In this document: in pieces, positions 35,757 through 49,225 of the stretch
Layout of the letters: each line of letters begins with the position of its first letter
Numbering within the stretch: position 1 is the first letter of the stretch
NCBI RefSeq assembly: GCF_000143415.4
Contig: NW_003314316.1
Span: forward strand, 812,669 to 876,668
Direction of reading: 5' to 3'
Length of the DNA stretch: 64,000 nt
DNA from: Selaginella moellendorffii
Lineage: Eukaryota > Plantae > Lycopodiophyta
The notes under the pieces: generated by a model
Database searches by the model: none
What the model was told of the DNA's origin: nothing
The model's input: only the letters and a program-made list of their open reading frames with translations
Program-made: the position numbers and the translations under genes

Positions 35757-36862
35757 ATGTCGATGGTCGCGGCGATAGATAGGTTGATCCAAGATCGCAA
35801 CATGGACAAAGATCCGGTCATCGCAGCGCCGCCGCCACGCTCGCCGCCTTACGGGCTGGTCAAGGAAAGAAGGTTCTACCAGGATGATATGGTCGGAAAG
35901 ACGCTGAATGACAAGCAAGCTCTGGTGGCCGAAGGAAAATCGCCTGCTACTCCCGCTGCTGCTACTCCTCGCAAGCTTGGTACTCCTTCCGGCTATGGCG
36001 AAGATTTCTTCTTCGATGCTCCAGAGTCTCCATTCGCAGGTAAGTCTTTACTTCTTTGCTTTACTACTTGTTCTATCTCTACTCGTTTGAGATTTTCGTT
36101 CTTTCTTTTTGTTCTTCTACTTGGTGGTCGTTTGAGATTTTTTCCTTCGATTTTTCGCACTAGTGCTTATGTGATTTTTCTTACAGGCAGTGAGACGTCG
36201 TCCCAGTGTGACTACTCCGGAGTGGAGACCTCCACGACTCTGGCAGAGGCTACCGCGGACTCGGCGAAGCATCAGCAAGACATGGAAGAGCTCGAGCGAT
36301 ACAAGAAGGCGGAGGAAACGCTAGAGATTGTTCTCCAGAAGCTAGCAGACGGTGGTTTGGCGGTGCCACCGACGCTACTCGAGAGGAATGGAGGAGCGCT
36401 AGAAGTGGAGGACTTGGACATAGTCGGGCAGCTCCAGATAAAGAAGATGGTGGAGGCGGCGGTGGCGAGAGGGGCTGCCAAGGCCGAGTGCGAGGAGCAG
36501 CTCCAGGCGGAGCTGGAGAGCAAGAACACGGAGATCGAGACCAAGAACCGCGAGGTGACGAGGCTGCGGGACAAAGTTCGATACAACGAGCTCCTCAACC
36601 GGGAGATTTCGCAGAGAAACCAGGAAGCCATCGGTAAGTTCGTTGTGTTAGATGGATCTCATATGCAAACTTCGTTCTTTCTCTTCTTTTTTTTTCGCTA
36701 GAAATGGCTCGAAGCAAGCGTAGAGCGAGGAAGAGGATGATCCGGTGGGCCGTGGGCTCAGCCTCGGCGGCCATCGTGGGTGGCATCGGTGTAGCACTTG
36801 TGTACAAGTACTCGTCGTGGGAATTTTTGAGAGCTAGCAAGCCTGAGGCGACGTCTGAGTAA
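35757..36862 (+). CDS. Coiled-coil tail-anchored protein (At3g50910-like family), 3 exons
   Basis: AAIDRLI N-terminus; EDFFFDAPE; IETKNREVTRLRDKVRYNELLNREISQRNQEAI; basic stretch followed by a C-terminal TM (WAVGSASAAIVGGIGVALVY). Confidence 0.82.
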
Positions 36863-37415
36863 GAAGACAAGGAAAAACAAAGAGAAAAAAGAAAAACTAA
36901 ACAATGGATAATAAGTCTTTGTTACGATGTCTCGTGTTTTTTTTTCCTGGATTTGTTGAAAGCTGCAAAACCATGTAACTTCAAGCAATATGCCAAGCTT
37001 CAATAACCTCTTTTAAGTTAAATAACAGAAAAAGTATATTAAACCAACCTCCCGTTTGATCTGCTTGGAGGAAGACTAGGTGTGGAAAGCTGTGCTGGAC
37101 AGTCTAATGATGAATCTATCAAGCAGAAAACAAAAACTTTTCAGGTTCAGCTCCTTAAGGATAGAGCACTAGTCTACACTGGCTGGTTCCATCTCCTCCA
37201 ACGCCCTATTTTGAGATTCTATGGAAAATTAGGGAAGGATATGTTAACGACGCATGAAGGCATAAGCACTGTATATTTCGCTGGGAATCCCACAAAACAA
37301 TGTCTTGTTCGTACGGAGTTTCATGTTTAAATTACAAAAACCATGTAAAATTCAAGCAATATGTCTTTACATGATATGTTACACTGGTGCCAAGCCTCAA
37401 ATTTTTTTTTGGCTT

Positions 37416-39378
37416 TCACTTGGTTGCGTCCGTGATCATAGCTCTCGTCCACTGCTCGATGTCCTCGGCCTGCGATGGCGGTGGCAACAACGGAGTCTCG
37501 ACCACGTCCCACTCGTCCCCTCCACTGTCAGAGAATTTTCTCGCTTCTCCGCCGATGCAAAAGAAGTCGCTCATTTCCATCCGGCTTTGGTTCCGCAATG
37601 CCTGGAGTTTGAGCTTTTGGAGAATTCAAACACATTACGAAGCTTTCAAACAAAGAAACTAAACAGTACCTTACCTCGTGAGAAGAGAAGTAGCTCTGGA
37701 GAAGCGAGCCGTCGGCTCTGGTGTTGCTGTTCATCAGCGCTGGCCTCGTGTTGCTCGGTCTGGAAACTCAATCCATGTCGGTTCAAGTTCTTGAATGAAT
37801 GGAACGCGAGTGGGAGAGCCATTGTACCTTGTTTTGGATTCCTTCGACGAGAGCAAAGCGAGGAGCTCCATAAAGGTCTCAAATGTGGGCAGGGTGGATG
37901 GCATTGGCACTCCTAGCATTGCGTAGCCGTAGACACAGATGCACGAAACGCTCCGCTTCAAGAGCTTGACAGCTTGCCTCACGTCTCGATCGCTGTCGCT
38001 TTGAGTAGACTCGCTGCTGCCAAGCTTGAGAAATCTCGGTTTTTCGAGTGACAGAAAGCTCGATCCACTGCTACTGGCATGACTGTCTGACTTCCCGGAC
38101 TTGTCCGCCTTTCCATCTGAAGATAGCTTTACCCGCTCTCCCTTTCGTGGGAGAAACAATGGATACTCCTCACTAGAAGTTTAAACACGACTAGTAAGTA
38201 AAATGGAGGATTTCTATAAACGATTACCTGCGGGAAACCGGAGAAGCGTCCCAGTATGATGTTCGTTCCCAGATTCTAGACGAAGAGGCCTAAGTAAAAA
38301 TAAACTTGTGTCATCCGAAGAGAAGAGTTTCTCTTTACCGCAAATGCAGCGTTATGGAGCATTGGAGTCATCAAGTAACGTCCTGTTTGGTAGACAAGCT
38401 GCACCATATACCCCAGAGAGGCAGAAAGATCTTCTGTGCTCACAGAATGAGGATCGTCTCTGACTGGCAAACATGCTCCACAGACACGAAGAAGTTGCCT
38501 CTCCTTTGATCCCCGAGGCTTGTCTGAATCCCCCTATATCCGTCCATTAGGCTCCACATAAAGCTTGAAAGTGTTTATACGAGAATAAAAATGACTCACT
38601 TGCAAGTAATGCAGAGGGAAAACTTTCGTCAGGTGCCGGAACACATGCCTTCGAGCTAGATTCACTTCTGTCAACAGAGCTGTCTGAGAAGAAAATGTAA
38701 GAAAATAAGAAGAGAAAATCGCTGAGATCATACCAGCTTCGCAATATGTGCACGCATAAGATCAGGATAGAAGACTTCAAACAGCTCCTGTTGTATTCTG
38801 TTCAACTAGAAAACCGTGAAGAACAGAGTTAGCCACATTTCTGACTCTTTCAGGGAGAAAATGCACCTGGCTAGAAACAGTGTCCAAATATTTCCTGCGT
38901 GCTTCGTATTCACTTTTTCTTTTCTCAGCTTTCAGCTTGCCTGGAAAAGCACGAGTCAGAAAAGAAACACCGAAAAAACTTCATTGATTTCTTACTCTGG
39001 ACTAAGAGTTTCTCATTCTTGTGACTGGAACTCTGCAGCTTAGTTTTTAATTCCAAGCGTTCGATGCTCAGATGCCGCTGAGCATCGGCCTCTCTCTAGA
39101 AAAAATTTCAAACGCTTAGAACATGGAAAAGAAGAAAAAACTGCCAGCAAAAGAGAACCTTGGCTCTCAGCTCCGCATCCATGCGATTGCGAAGAGCATC
39201 GCGTTCGTGGGTCAATCTCCTCACAATCTTATATTTCTCGGCGAGCCTGTCCAGAGAATAAGAAAGAAAATCACGCGACGCGTCGAGCAAGCACTCACCG
39301 GAGATTGACGCAAGAGACGCACACCGCCGGCTGATTCGCGGCCTCACACACGCCGCAGGAGCAGCCGCGTCGCGCCAT
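37416..39378 (-). CDS. VPS38: VPS38/UVRAG subunit of PI3K complex II
   Basis: N-terminal CGVCE...CVSCVN, SASLGYMVQLV, LLKRSVSCI, EWDVVE..LPPPSQAEDIEQWTRAM C-terminus. Confidence 0.85.
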
Positions 39379-39494
39379 CGCCCACAGCTCGAACGCATCA
39401 AACCCTAAGACCCTGTTTTAGGGCTCCCACTTTTAGGGCAAAAGCGAATAGTTGGGTATATTCTACCAGATATGAAAACCATAGGCGGGACGAT

Positions 39495-42400
39495 TTATTT
39501 CTTAGCAAGGTAGTAGAGCTCTACATAGTCAAGCGCGGGCCGATTCCATGACCAATCTTGCTCCATTACCTTCTGGCACAACGAATGAAACCAATCTCGC
39601 GCGTCATACCAAGCGGACAATGCCCTGTGGAGAAAAATCATCAAAGCCAATTCACTTCTTCGAATTTTTCTTGCTTGCACGTACCTGTTCAATGCATAGT
39701 CCACTCCTGCTGCGTCCGTGCCTTCGAAGCTAAAGCCATTTGGTTCCAGCCCTTGCGACTGTGCTCGATCTTTGTCATGGTCGGCATCAAACACCGTGTC
39801 GTTCAATCCTGGCAAAGAATATCGAAACGCTTCTTCTGGAGAGATCGCGATTCATACCTCCAGTCTTTCGAACAACGGGAATGGCACCGTATCGCATTGC
39901 CGTTAGTTGAGTCAAGCCGCAAGGCTCAAAGATGGATGGAACTAAGATGAAGTCTGCACCAGCATATATCTGCAAAACGTCCAGTTTAGCTACTCGGAGC
40001 TTTGATCAGATTGCGCCTTACCAAGTGAGATAATGGTTCATCGTATGTGAGACACAACCGTGCCATGTCGTTGTGAAAGTTCTTAAGCTGATGCGAGAGA
40101 TTCACAAAGTCGTTTTGTACTCGAGGATCCGGAGCAGATCCCAGAAGGACCACCTACGAGAAAAACGATATTCATATATCACGGCTGGAATCAACAAACC
40201 TGTCCACCGCGCTCCAGAGTTCGCCATATCGCATGCTTGATAAGGTGAATTCCTTTTTGCGCTGTTAGCCGGGTGATGATGCCGACTAAAGGTTTATCCA
40301 CTTGCTGCAAACCAAGCCTGTGCTGGAGCTCACTTTTAGCAGCTCTTTTGCCTTCCACAACTTGCTCTGCTGTGTAAGAAACCTGTAAAGTAGTGTTAAA
40401 TACGCAGCTCAAACCGTCACTTGAAAAGAAAATCATACGGGAATGTAAGGATCGTCAAACGGGTCCCAAATATCCAAGTCGATTCCGTTCCTGATGCCAT
40501 GAAACTTTCCACGATGAGGGGCAATTGCTGGACTCCCAGAAACTTCTTGTGCATAGCTATGTGAGACCTGCAAATTTGTTACGTTCATTCAAAGGCTTTT
40601 ATGAACTCAGTAAGCTTACCGTGGTTGCCATGTTTGAACTTGCCATTGCCTTTCCCACCTGGGCAATTCCAAACTCTAAATTATGTATGGTAAACACAAT
40701 TCGCGCGTTGGACAAAGCATAGTGCTTGTAGCTTTCTTGAAACAGCCAGGCTACCGGCGCAGTCGACCAATCGTGACAATGAATAATATCCTGGGAAGCA
40801 GAGCTTATAAAGATTATAAAAAAAGAACGGCTTAGAAACTTACAGGACGTCTTCCACTTCGCAAAAGAAACTCCAGTGCTGCATTGCAGAAAAAACCAAA
40901 GCGATGTCCATCATCTCTGCGACCATATATACAGCCAGCCCAAAAGAAGCTGCAAAAAGAAAACACTACGTGAGTGGAATATATATTAAGCATACCCGTT
41001 CTGCGGTTCAATGAAATGTACGTTTAGGCCTTCTACTTTCCCATTCCAAACGCGAATGGTGGTTCCTCCCCAGCCAAACGACTCTTTCTCTTGAAGTTCC
41101 TCGACCTGCCATTTGTTACGTGGTTAGATCCGACAGAGATACTACTCGCAACAAAACCGTTGTTTACGTGATTGTATTTCAGGCAGTCATACTTCGGAAG
41201 GATAATCTCCACGTTATGGCCCAGTTCTTGTACAGCACGTGAAAGACTCGTGACAACATCACCTAGACCACCCACCTGTAAAAGATGGCTCCTTAGGACC
41301 ATCCCGAGAACAGGCATGAGGTAAGACAAAATGTTAACGGGACAAGAGAAATACCTTTGCAATAGGAGCCATTTCGACGGAAATATGAACAATGCTCATA
41401 GGTGGCTCCTTGCCAATCCCGCCATGAACTGGGATGTGATAGTCAAAACCACCGCGATTGTCATAAGTTCCTCCATTGTCATCCCCTCTTTCAGAAAACA
41501 CGCAGTCCATTATGTAAGCATCGACTGGGACTTCAACTGCACAGAACAACGAATTAGATATACACGATAATAGAGAAGATGAGAGACTATACCTGTTGCC
41601 TTGAGGTGGGTAGTGCTTGGAACCTCTTTCATTCTTACCGGTGGGAAAGGGCTTAGTTGATGTGTCCAGCGGTTGAAAGAATGCCTCAACCATACCTCAG
41701 GCTTCCCGCTTAGAACAGTGTTCTGTGGATTATAAAGCACTGAGACAGGTTCTCCGGCGTTCACTTCCATTGGATCCGTGTAATAAACGTGAGACTGCGA
41801 CTGCAAAAATGCTTGTTTCGTCTTTTGTTTCATCTCCTCTTTCTTCTGTGCTTTGTACAGTTTCTACAGAACACACACAAGTTATAAAGTTATGGAACAA
41901 AAATACAGTAATACCAACCTTTTTACGTGCAGCCTCTTCTCTTTCCTGCCGCTGCTTTCGGATCTCAGAATACACCTGCTCTTCAACATCTGCCCAATAC
42001 AACTCCTCAGCAACGGGTTCGGGAACAGCCATGTGGAAATCCTGGTAGTCATTGTTGTCATAAGTTGATGCTTTCTCCGGTGGCCCGTCTGCAAACACCC
42101 AATTGAGCATGAACGCTGCCTTGGGAACAGAAACTGCAAAGAAAAAGGAAGAAAACTTCGTCAGTCGTCGATGTAAAAATAATTACTAGACTCGCACCTT
42201 CAACTGACCACCAGTCTCCGCTCCTCGACGAAGAGGGCACAAGCTTTTCGACCACAGAGACAGCGTCTTGCCAATTGTTGTAGCCTCCGTGTATCCAGAT
42301 TTCTGTGCTTCGGGCAAGTGATCGAGAGGAACGATTGTAGAAGAGCTTCACTGTCTCCCCTGCTTTGAAACTCGTAGGCTCTGCGTCCCAAAGTCCCGGC

Positions 42401-43976
42401 ACACTGGGCAATGCTTGTTGTAATACCATCCTGGCTCGTTCTCTCCGTTGAGCAACGATCCTTTTGGCCTCGTCTCTATCCGCTTTCTCCGCAGCTCGTT
42501 GCTCTGCCAGCTTACGAGCCTCTGCGGCAGCTCGGTCTTTTTCTGCTTGTTCTTGCGCAAGCCTTTCAGCTTCTTTCCTCTTCTCCAGCACCAAGAAGTT
42601 CTCAAACTCGCGTTGATCCATGCCGTCGTCCACGAGAACGAAGAAGTCCTTTGTGTCGTTGTTCTCGTAGACATTTCCGTTGAAGAACACGAAGTCCATT
42701 CGATATGCTTCTTTGGGAACGTCCATTTTACAGGCCCACCAATCTCCACCAAGTTCACTTTTTTCCAACTTTAATGTGAATGGTTGCCATCGCCAGCCAT
42801 TAAACGACCCCATAATCTGCACACTGTCCTCGCTTGCTAGCACCGTTATGCTCCGGTTGAAGTAGATTTCGACCTCAGCACCAGCCTCAACTTTCTGCGG
42901 GTAGTAAAATATTTTGCTCATCGTAAAAGCACTGGCATCAGCTAGTTTGGCTATCTCCCGCTTCCTGGCTGCTTCTTTCGCAATCCTTTCCCTCTCCTTG
43001 GCTAGAGCGAGCTCAATTTCCCTTTTCTTAGCCTCCTGTTCGAGCTTCTTTTTTTTCTCTGCCTGTTGTTTGGCTAGAATCTGTTCCAGCTCCCGTCGTC
43101 TAGCAGCAGTGGCTTCTTGGTCTGCTCTTTTCCTACTCTCCGCCTCGGCTATCTCCTCCTCTGTTCTCCTTCTTTTCTCTGTTTCCTTTTTGATCTCCTT
43201 GATCTTCAACGCATAGTCGCTTGCATTAGCCTCCGTGACATCGTCCTTGTCTTTCACCTCCGAAACTTTGACAGTAGAGTTATCACCACCAGAGTCGTCC
43301 TCCTGCCGATCAGCAGCTTCCGTTTTTCCTTTCAGCCGACCCGAACCAAACCTTTCAACCTCTTCTTCTATCCTCTGCTTTGCAACCACGTAATCAACTT
43401 CCTGGTGCGCCGAGATGGAGGCCGATTGAGAGCGCATCTTCTCTAGAACCTGGTCCTGCTCTCCATTCTCTGCCACAGTTGGTTCTACCACTACTTTCTC
43501 CGTCCCAGCCGTCTCTGTTTCCTCGTCATTGCTGGTTTCTCGACCAGCCTTGGCCGTCTTTACCTCGAAACTAGTAGCTTCAGAGACATCGTCCGGTTTG
43601 GACGTCTTCTTCTCTTTGAGCTTTTGCTGGAAGCCTTTCTGTCGTTCACCTGTGCCAAAAGAAAAGAAAAAAAACAGAAGAAAGAACATCACAATGTAGT
43701 AAAGTAATGCATCGTACCTGCGCATACAATTGTCTTGAAATTCCTGCGCGACGATCTTCTTTCCCGTCGACACTGGAAGAATACCAGACAATGTGTCAAG
43801 CAGTAGATCGATCAGGAGCATTTCCATCGAAATTCATCCCAAAACTAGCTAGAATTGTCCAGATCCACGAGACTCACCCAGATTAAGAAGCGCTCATTGC
43901 TAGATCCAAGCCCTCCCGCCGATGAAACCTTCCACGCCGCGGCCGACGCCGCCACGAGCGACGCCGCGGTTGCCAT
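39495..43976 (-). CDS. SS3: Soluble starch synthase III, plastid
   Basis: Transit peptide; repeated CBM53-type segments (GGDWW...[10 protein letters not shown]; LNWVFADGP; MDCVFSE); [15 protein letters not shown]; ITRLTAQKG; [12 protein letters not shown]. Confidence 0.96.
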
Positions 43977-44169
43977 GGCTCACCGCAGCTCCACCGCGAA
44001 GAAAACCTAGCAATAATCACACTGGCTTCTTCCACTCCATAGCTCCGCGCCGTACCACGTGTTTCGTGGTGGCCACACAAAAATGTGGCTACTACATTTT
44101 AGGGCTATCCGTCAAAACTGTACGGCATATATAATTAATCTGGATAAACACGAGCAAAAACTTTACATT

Positions 44170-44640
44170 GTATCCTATCGAGCACAAAGAACGTCTTCGT
44201 AAAACTTACATTTCATGACAATCCATGCGCTTCCAGATTCGCGATTCTTTCCATCATTTTCTTGACGAGTCCATTCCTCAAGGCCAGGTGCATGACAAAT
44301 CAGGTTAACTAATCTTGGCAAGTGCCGAGTTTGGGTATCTGACCACTTCAAGTTGCCAGATGGAATGCCACAATGCGACATCAAGGTGACGCTGCAGGTT
44401 CTGGTTTGCGAGATCGCGAAATAATGTGTGTTCAGCATCTATCAGAAGATCTCCAGCTAGTCCCAAGGATGCCTTTCGTGTCCTTCAACTCGCAACTACC
44501 AAAAGAAGCTCTTTCAGGCTGTGCTCTAATGTGGCCTATGCTCGAGCAGGAAAGTTGCATGAGGCCAAACGGTTGCTTGATGAGATGCAACGAGATCTAT
44601 TTGCGTATAATGTGAACATATGCTGAAGTCCATGCTTGAT
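44170..44640. pseudogene. Mosaic of decayed PPR-like fragments; left arm of an inverted duplication
   Basis: AYARAGKLHEAKRLLDEMQRDLFAYN on the + strand; blocks are reverse-complementary to 49226-49686. Confidence 0.65.
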
Positions 44641-44973
44641 GGGAAGCTCAAGAATGGGCTTCTAGATATGGTCAGAATGGAAGGGTCACCTCTAGAACAA
44701 GTTGTACCTTACATATGGTGTGGAAAACGCGTTCATTTTTGTCACATGCACGCCTGATCTTATCACCGTACTGCTTCTGCTGGCATGTCACTCTCAGGTC
44801 CAGCTCCAGCTCTGGAGACAAAGACAACAAGTCACAGGTCGTAGCATTTCATGTTTATGGCATAGGAATAGGACATGAATAATCTATTATCCTGAACACT
44901 GTTCCTTTTGTCCTCGAATGCAAGGCATAGCTTTGGAACTATGGGGCCTCATGACCTAATGTTTGTATCCATC

Positions 44974-45610
44974 TAGTGCGTGGAAAACGTGCTCAAGATC
45001 GGTATTAGAATAAATAGAGCTGGCATTTGCTAAGGAAATTAAACGTCCCATTTGAGTCGAGCCGCTTAACTTAGCATTCGCACCTATGGGTTTCCTTAGT
45101 AGTGCTGCTTATGCTGGCAGTAAGTATAGGAAGGAGCTAAGCACTATCACATACTAAGCTTCACCTTTAGCTTCATTTCATTTGGTTACACTGTTTTGGT
45201 GTGCTGGGGAAAAGTCTCCACTTTCTACCATCTATTCAGGTGCTATGGTGGATGCCATTCAGGTCCAGAGCGTCGAGGGCCTGCGGTCTTTCCACGGGAC
45301 AAATAGCTGCAATGGATGTTCTCCCATCGATCCGCCTCATAAACTTGGAGGAACTTGCTATCCAACTTTGTTGAGTTTTTGCTGATGTCACTCTATTGTT
45401 CCAGCAGATCAATCTTCGCTAAAGATATCTGGATAAGCTGGATGGAGCTCGGCAACCAATCCTTGGCTACATCTCTATAAAGAATACTCCCGACGGCAAG
45501 ACCACAACATTTGGCTATACAGAAACAAAGGAGGGCTTTTGGGCACTAGTACATATATGAGAGGCAATGGAGTCTACTTCCAGGACCCATTACCATCACC
45601 ACCACTTTCT
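44974..45610 (+). pseudogene. Deleted paralogous copy of the jacalin gene, including its promoter
   Basis: Starts tagtgcgtggaaaacgtgctcaagatcg, identical to 46220; WCAGEKSPL..TIYSGAMVDAIQVQ; ATG lost; multiple deletions. Confidence 0.88.
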
Positions 45611-45623
45611 CTTCCGTGCCTCC

Positions 45624-45900
45624 GGAGGACTTCGTGCAACCGCAGCGGGATTCAAAGGCTACGCGGCTGGAATGTGTCCGGCTCCAGTGACCAAGAAACT
45701 GGACAACAGAGTTCGCCAGTTCATGCGGCACAGGCAAAAACTAATCTTGCTCTTCCAGTGAAGGAGCGATCGTCGCGAGACAATGTCATTTCAAAGGCTG
45801 CTACAGGGTTTATTGAGAACAAGTATGGAATTCGTCAGTCTATCATTTTTAATCCCTTCAACATGGACTGGGAGATAATCTCGATCTCCCAGTGACAATG
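45624..45900 (+). pseudogene. Inverted copy of the MSRA5 last exon and 3' flank
   Basis: [34 protein letters not shown] vs [34 protein letters not shown] at 47463-47570 (-). Confidence 0.88.
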
Positions 45901-46327
45901 GTAGAGAAACGAATTCATTCTCCACGGAAGAGCAAATGTAAATTCTTTGCTTGTGTTTATCCAGATCAATTATATCTGCCATACAAATTTAAATAAAATG
46001 TATATTTTTGCTGTACAGTATTGAAGAGTAAAAAGGAAGTCAGGGTTTCATTCATTCATATACCGTTTACATGGTATACAAGAAGCATGGGACCAGGGAA
46101 TGAATGAGACTTAAATCCCTCGGTCTCATGCTTCTTGGGACGTAAATAGAATATGAATAAATATGAAATAAGTGATTGTCTAACTGTTAAGTAAATAAGA
46201 GAATATTCCAAGAATATTTTAGTGCGTGGAAAACGTGCTCAAGATCGAAGTTGAGCCAGGCACTAGAATAAATAGAGCTGGCATTTGCAAAGGAGAACAT
46301 CCCATTTGTGCAGCAAGTCGAGCGAGC

Positions 46328-47225
46328 ATGTGCACCTTATGGGTTTCCTTCATAGTGCTGCTTATGCTGACAGTGAGTATAGGAAGGAGCATTGACATAC
46401 TAAGCTTCAACTTTTATTTTCTTGAGCTTCAATTCTTTGGTTGCACTGTTTTATAGGTGTGGTGTGCTGGGGAAAAGTCTCCACTCTATGGTGGGACTAG
46501 ATGGGCAGAAAAGTTTGATGATGGTCCATCTTCAGGCATTCTGAGTCTTACAATTTATTCAGGTGCTGTAGTGGATGCCATTCAGGTGCAGACCGTTGAG
46601 GGCCTGCGGCCTTTCCATGGGACAAATACCTGCAAGGGATGTTCTCCCATCAATCCGCCTCATAAACTTGGGGGAACTCGCTATAAGGTACACACAACTT
46701 CGTTGACTTTTTGCTAATGTCACTCTATTGTTCGAACAGATCAATCTTCGCTACCCAGATGAGTATATATACAAGATTTCTGGATACGCTGGATGGAGCT
46801 CGGTGAGCAAAACTTGGGGTCTCAGCCAATTTTACATCTACATAAAGAATAGTGTCCACGGCAAGACCACAACTTATGGACCATTTGGCTATACAGCAGC
46901 ACGAGAGAATTTTAGCTCAAAGGAGGGCAAGATTGTGGGCTTTTGGGGCTACGCCTCTACTACTACATATATGAGAGGCATTGGCGTCTACATCCAGGAC
47001 CCATTACCACCACCATCTCCTCCGCCACCATCACCACCACCATCTCCTCCGCCACCATCACCACCGCCTCCAGCAGCAAGCTGCATTCCCTATCAGCTAA
47101 ATTGTGTTTGTTGCTACGAGACTCCGTCAGCCAAGTGTTGCCCAGAAGATTACAAATGCGAGAGTTACAAAGGTGAATGGAAATATCTCTCGAAATGCGT
47201 GCAAAAATACTCCTTTGATGCCTGA
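46328..47225 (+). CDS. Secreted jacalin-related lectin + Ser-Pro4 extensin linker + C-terminal 8-Cys domain
   Basis: Exons 46328-46372, 46457-46687, 46740-47225. Signal peptide; jacalin motifs GG..W...FDDG, VDAIQV, YPDEYI..ISG, YGPFG, KIVGFWG..GIGVY; SPPPP repeats. Confidence 0.88.
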
Positions 47226-47462
47226 AATTATCAGCTGATTTAAAATGATATAAATTTAATACAAAATCACTAAGCCTCTAACCTCCACCAAAATATAGAC
47301 TGTGGTTATGGATTACAAGCGGGTGATAATTGGATGCAGTTGCTACATTTTAGGGCTATATGTTAAAACTGTACGGCAGACATAGTTAATCATCTGGAAT
47401 GAATCATTGCCATTGTCACTGGGAGATCGAGATTGTCTCCCACAGCGACAATCTCGAAAAGC

Positions 47463-48380
47463 TCACTGGAAGAGCAAGCTTAGTTTTTGCCTGTGCCGCA
47501 TGAACTGGCTAACTTTGCTATCCAGTTCCTTGGTCACTGGAGCCGGACACATTCCAGCCGCGTAGCCATTGAATCGCGCCGCGGCGCTCGATCGCACGAA
47601 GTCCTCTTCCGCGAGCTCGCCAAAGAGCTGCAAGAGAAGTGGTCGTCTTCGCAGCTCAAACTTCTGCAAGAACAAATGGAGCAAAGCTCGTCCCTAGAGA
47701 TGATTCCAGCTTCTAGTACCTGGTGTTCTAGCTCCGCGGGATAGAACGTTTCGAGAGGCTCGATCTCTGTAGCAACCATCGTGTATGGTCGCTTTGCTTG
47801 TTCTCTTTCTTTGCTCACTGTTGCCAGAAAAGCCTCGTCCTCGTTCTGTGTAAAAATGATGGACCTGGCGAGTGAAAAAAGAATGAGATCGAAAGAATCA
47901 CGAAGGAAAAGGGCAAACTTCACAGCTGACACACCTGTATTGCTCGCCCACATCAGGTCCTTGTCCAAAAACTTGCGTCGGATCGTGAGCCGCCCAGAAC
48001 GCGTCTAGCAGCTGCTCGTAGCGCACGCGAGCCGGATCATACTCGATCTGGAAAGATTTCGATCAGCAGCAGCCTACATTGCCCCTAGGTCAATCGATCC
48101 ATCGGGAAGGAAAAAGCGCAAGGCATACCTCCACGGATTCCGCATGATCGCCGATATTTCGATACTCGGGGCTCTGCTTGCTCCCGCCGCAATACCCTAC
48201 TCTCGTTCTCACCACTCCGGGGATGCATCCAAACGCCGCCTCGCCACTCCAGAAGCTCCCCACCGCGAACACTGCGATCTTGGGATCCATCGCCGGAGGA
48301 TAGTCCACACGGATCGAGCTGCCGGGGCGCAGCGCCAGCGCCAGCGCCGAGAGAGCGATCAGCAGCAGCCATGGAGACAT
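47463..48380 (-). CDS. MSRA5: Peptide methionine sulfoxide reductase A5-like (secretory, GSFW active-site variant)
   Basis: Signal peptide; [62 protein letters not shown]. Confidence 0.92.
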
Positions 48381-48917
48381 CGCTGCGCTTTTAGAATTTG
48401 ACCTTACAAGATCAAAGGTATGTCCACGTGGCGATAGAATATCCGACACGTCAGCTTCTCCCACATCCTCCCGATTTTCAAGCTAAGCTTCCCGAAACAC
48501 TCGCAAGCAGCAAGAAACACGGATCATCCACCTGAGAAACTATAGATTGCCGAGCTCAAAGACTATGCGCGTGCCTGGTGGAATTCGATTGCTACAGCGG
48601 CGAGGAGCTCGTCAAAGCCGCGATCCAGAGGCAACAGGTAGCTGGCCTTACCTTGATCGTGATGCTTGGATCGCTTTCGTTCTCGGCAATGTACAAAATC
48701 TACTATGTCCACGAATCCAGCGCCGCGCTGCTCATAGGTGTGCATTCTCAAAAAGTGGACTACAAGCGATACCACTGGTTTGTCATAGATGATTTGCTTT
48801 ATTATCGAATTGAAGCTCTTAATTCCAGAAATCAAACGGATATAGAGTATTTTGGCATGCATTTCGAGAGATCTTTCCATTCCTCTTTAGAACTCTCCCA
48901 TTCCTAATCTTCTAGGC

Positions 48918-49218
48918 AACACTTGGCTGATGGAGTCTCGTGACAACAAACACATAACTTATAAGGAATAGGCGGTGGTAGGCGGAAGAGAAGGTGGTGT
49001 TGATGGTAATGGGTCCTGGAAGTAGACTCCAATGGCTCTCACATATGTACTAGTGGAGGCATAGCCAAAAGCTCACAATCTTGCCCTCTTTTGAGCACTG
49101 TTGCTGTATACCCAAATGGTCCACCTAAGTTGTGGTTTTGCGGTGGACACTATGCTTTAGATAGATGTAGAATTGGCTAAGACCCCAAAGTTTGGTCGTC
49201 GAGCTCCATCCAGCGTGT
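48918..49218 (-). pseudogene. Inverted fragment of the jacalin last exon
   Basis: Minus strand reads AGWSSTTKLWGLSQFYIYLKHSVHRKTTT* and continues with similarity through the Pro/Cys region. Confidence 0.85.
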
Positions 49219-49225
49219 ATAGATT

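Noticed and set aside
48240-48275. MSRA with Ser instead of the catalytic Cys (GSFW) as a novelty
   Set aside because: This is the known signature of plant MSRA5.
48578-48907. 109-aa ORF with a hydrophobic stretch
   Set aside because: No ATG start, no recognisable family, and it lies in a rearranged region; cannot be supported as a gene.
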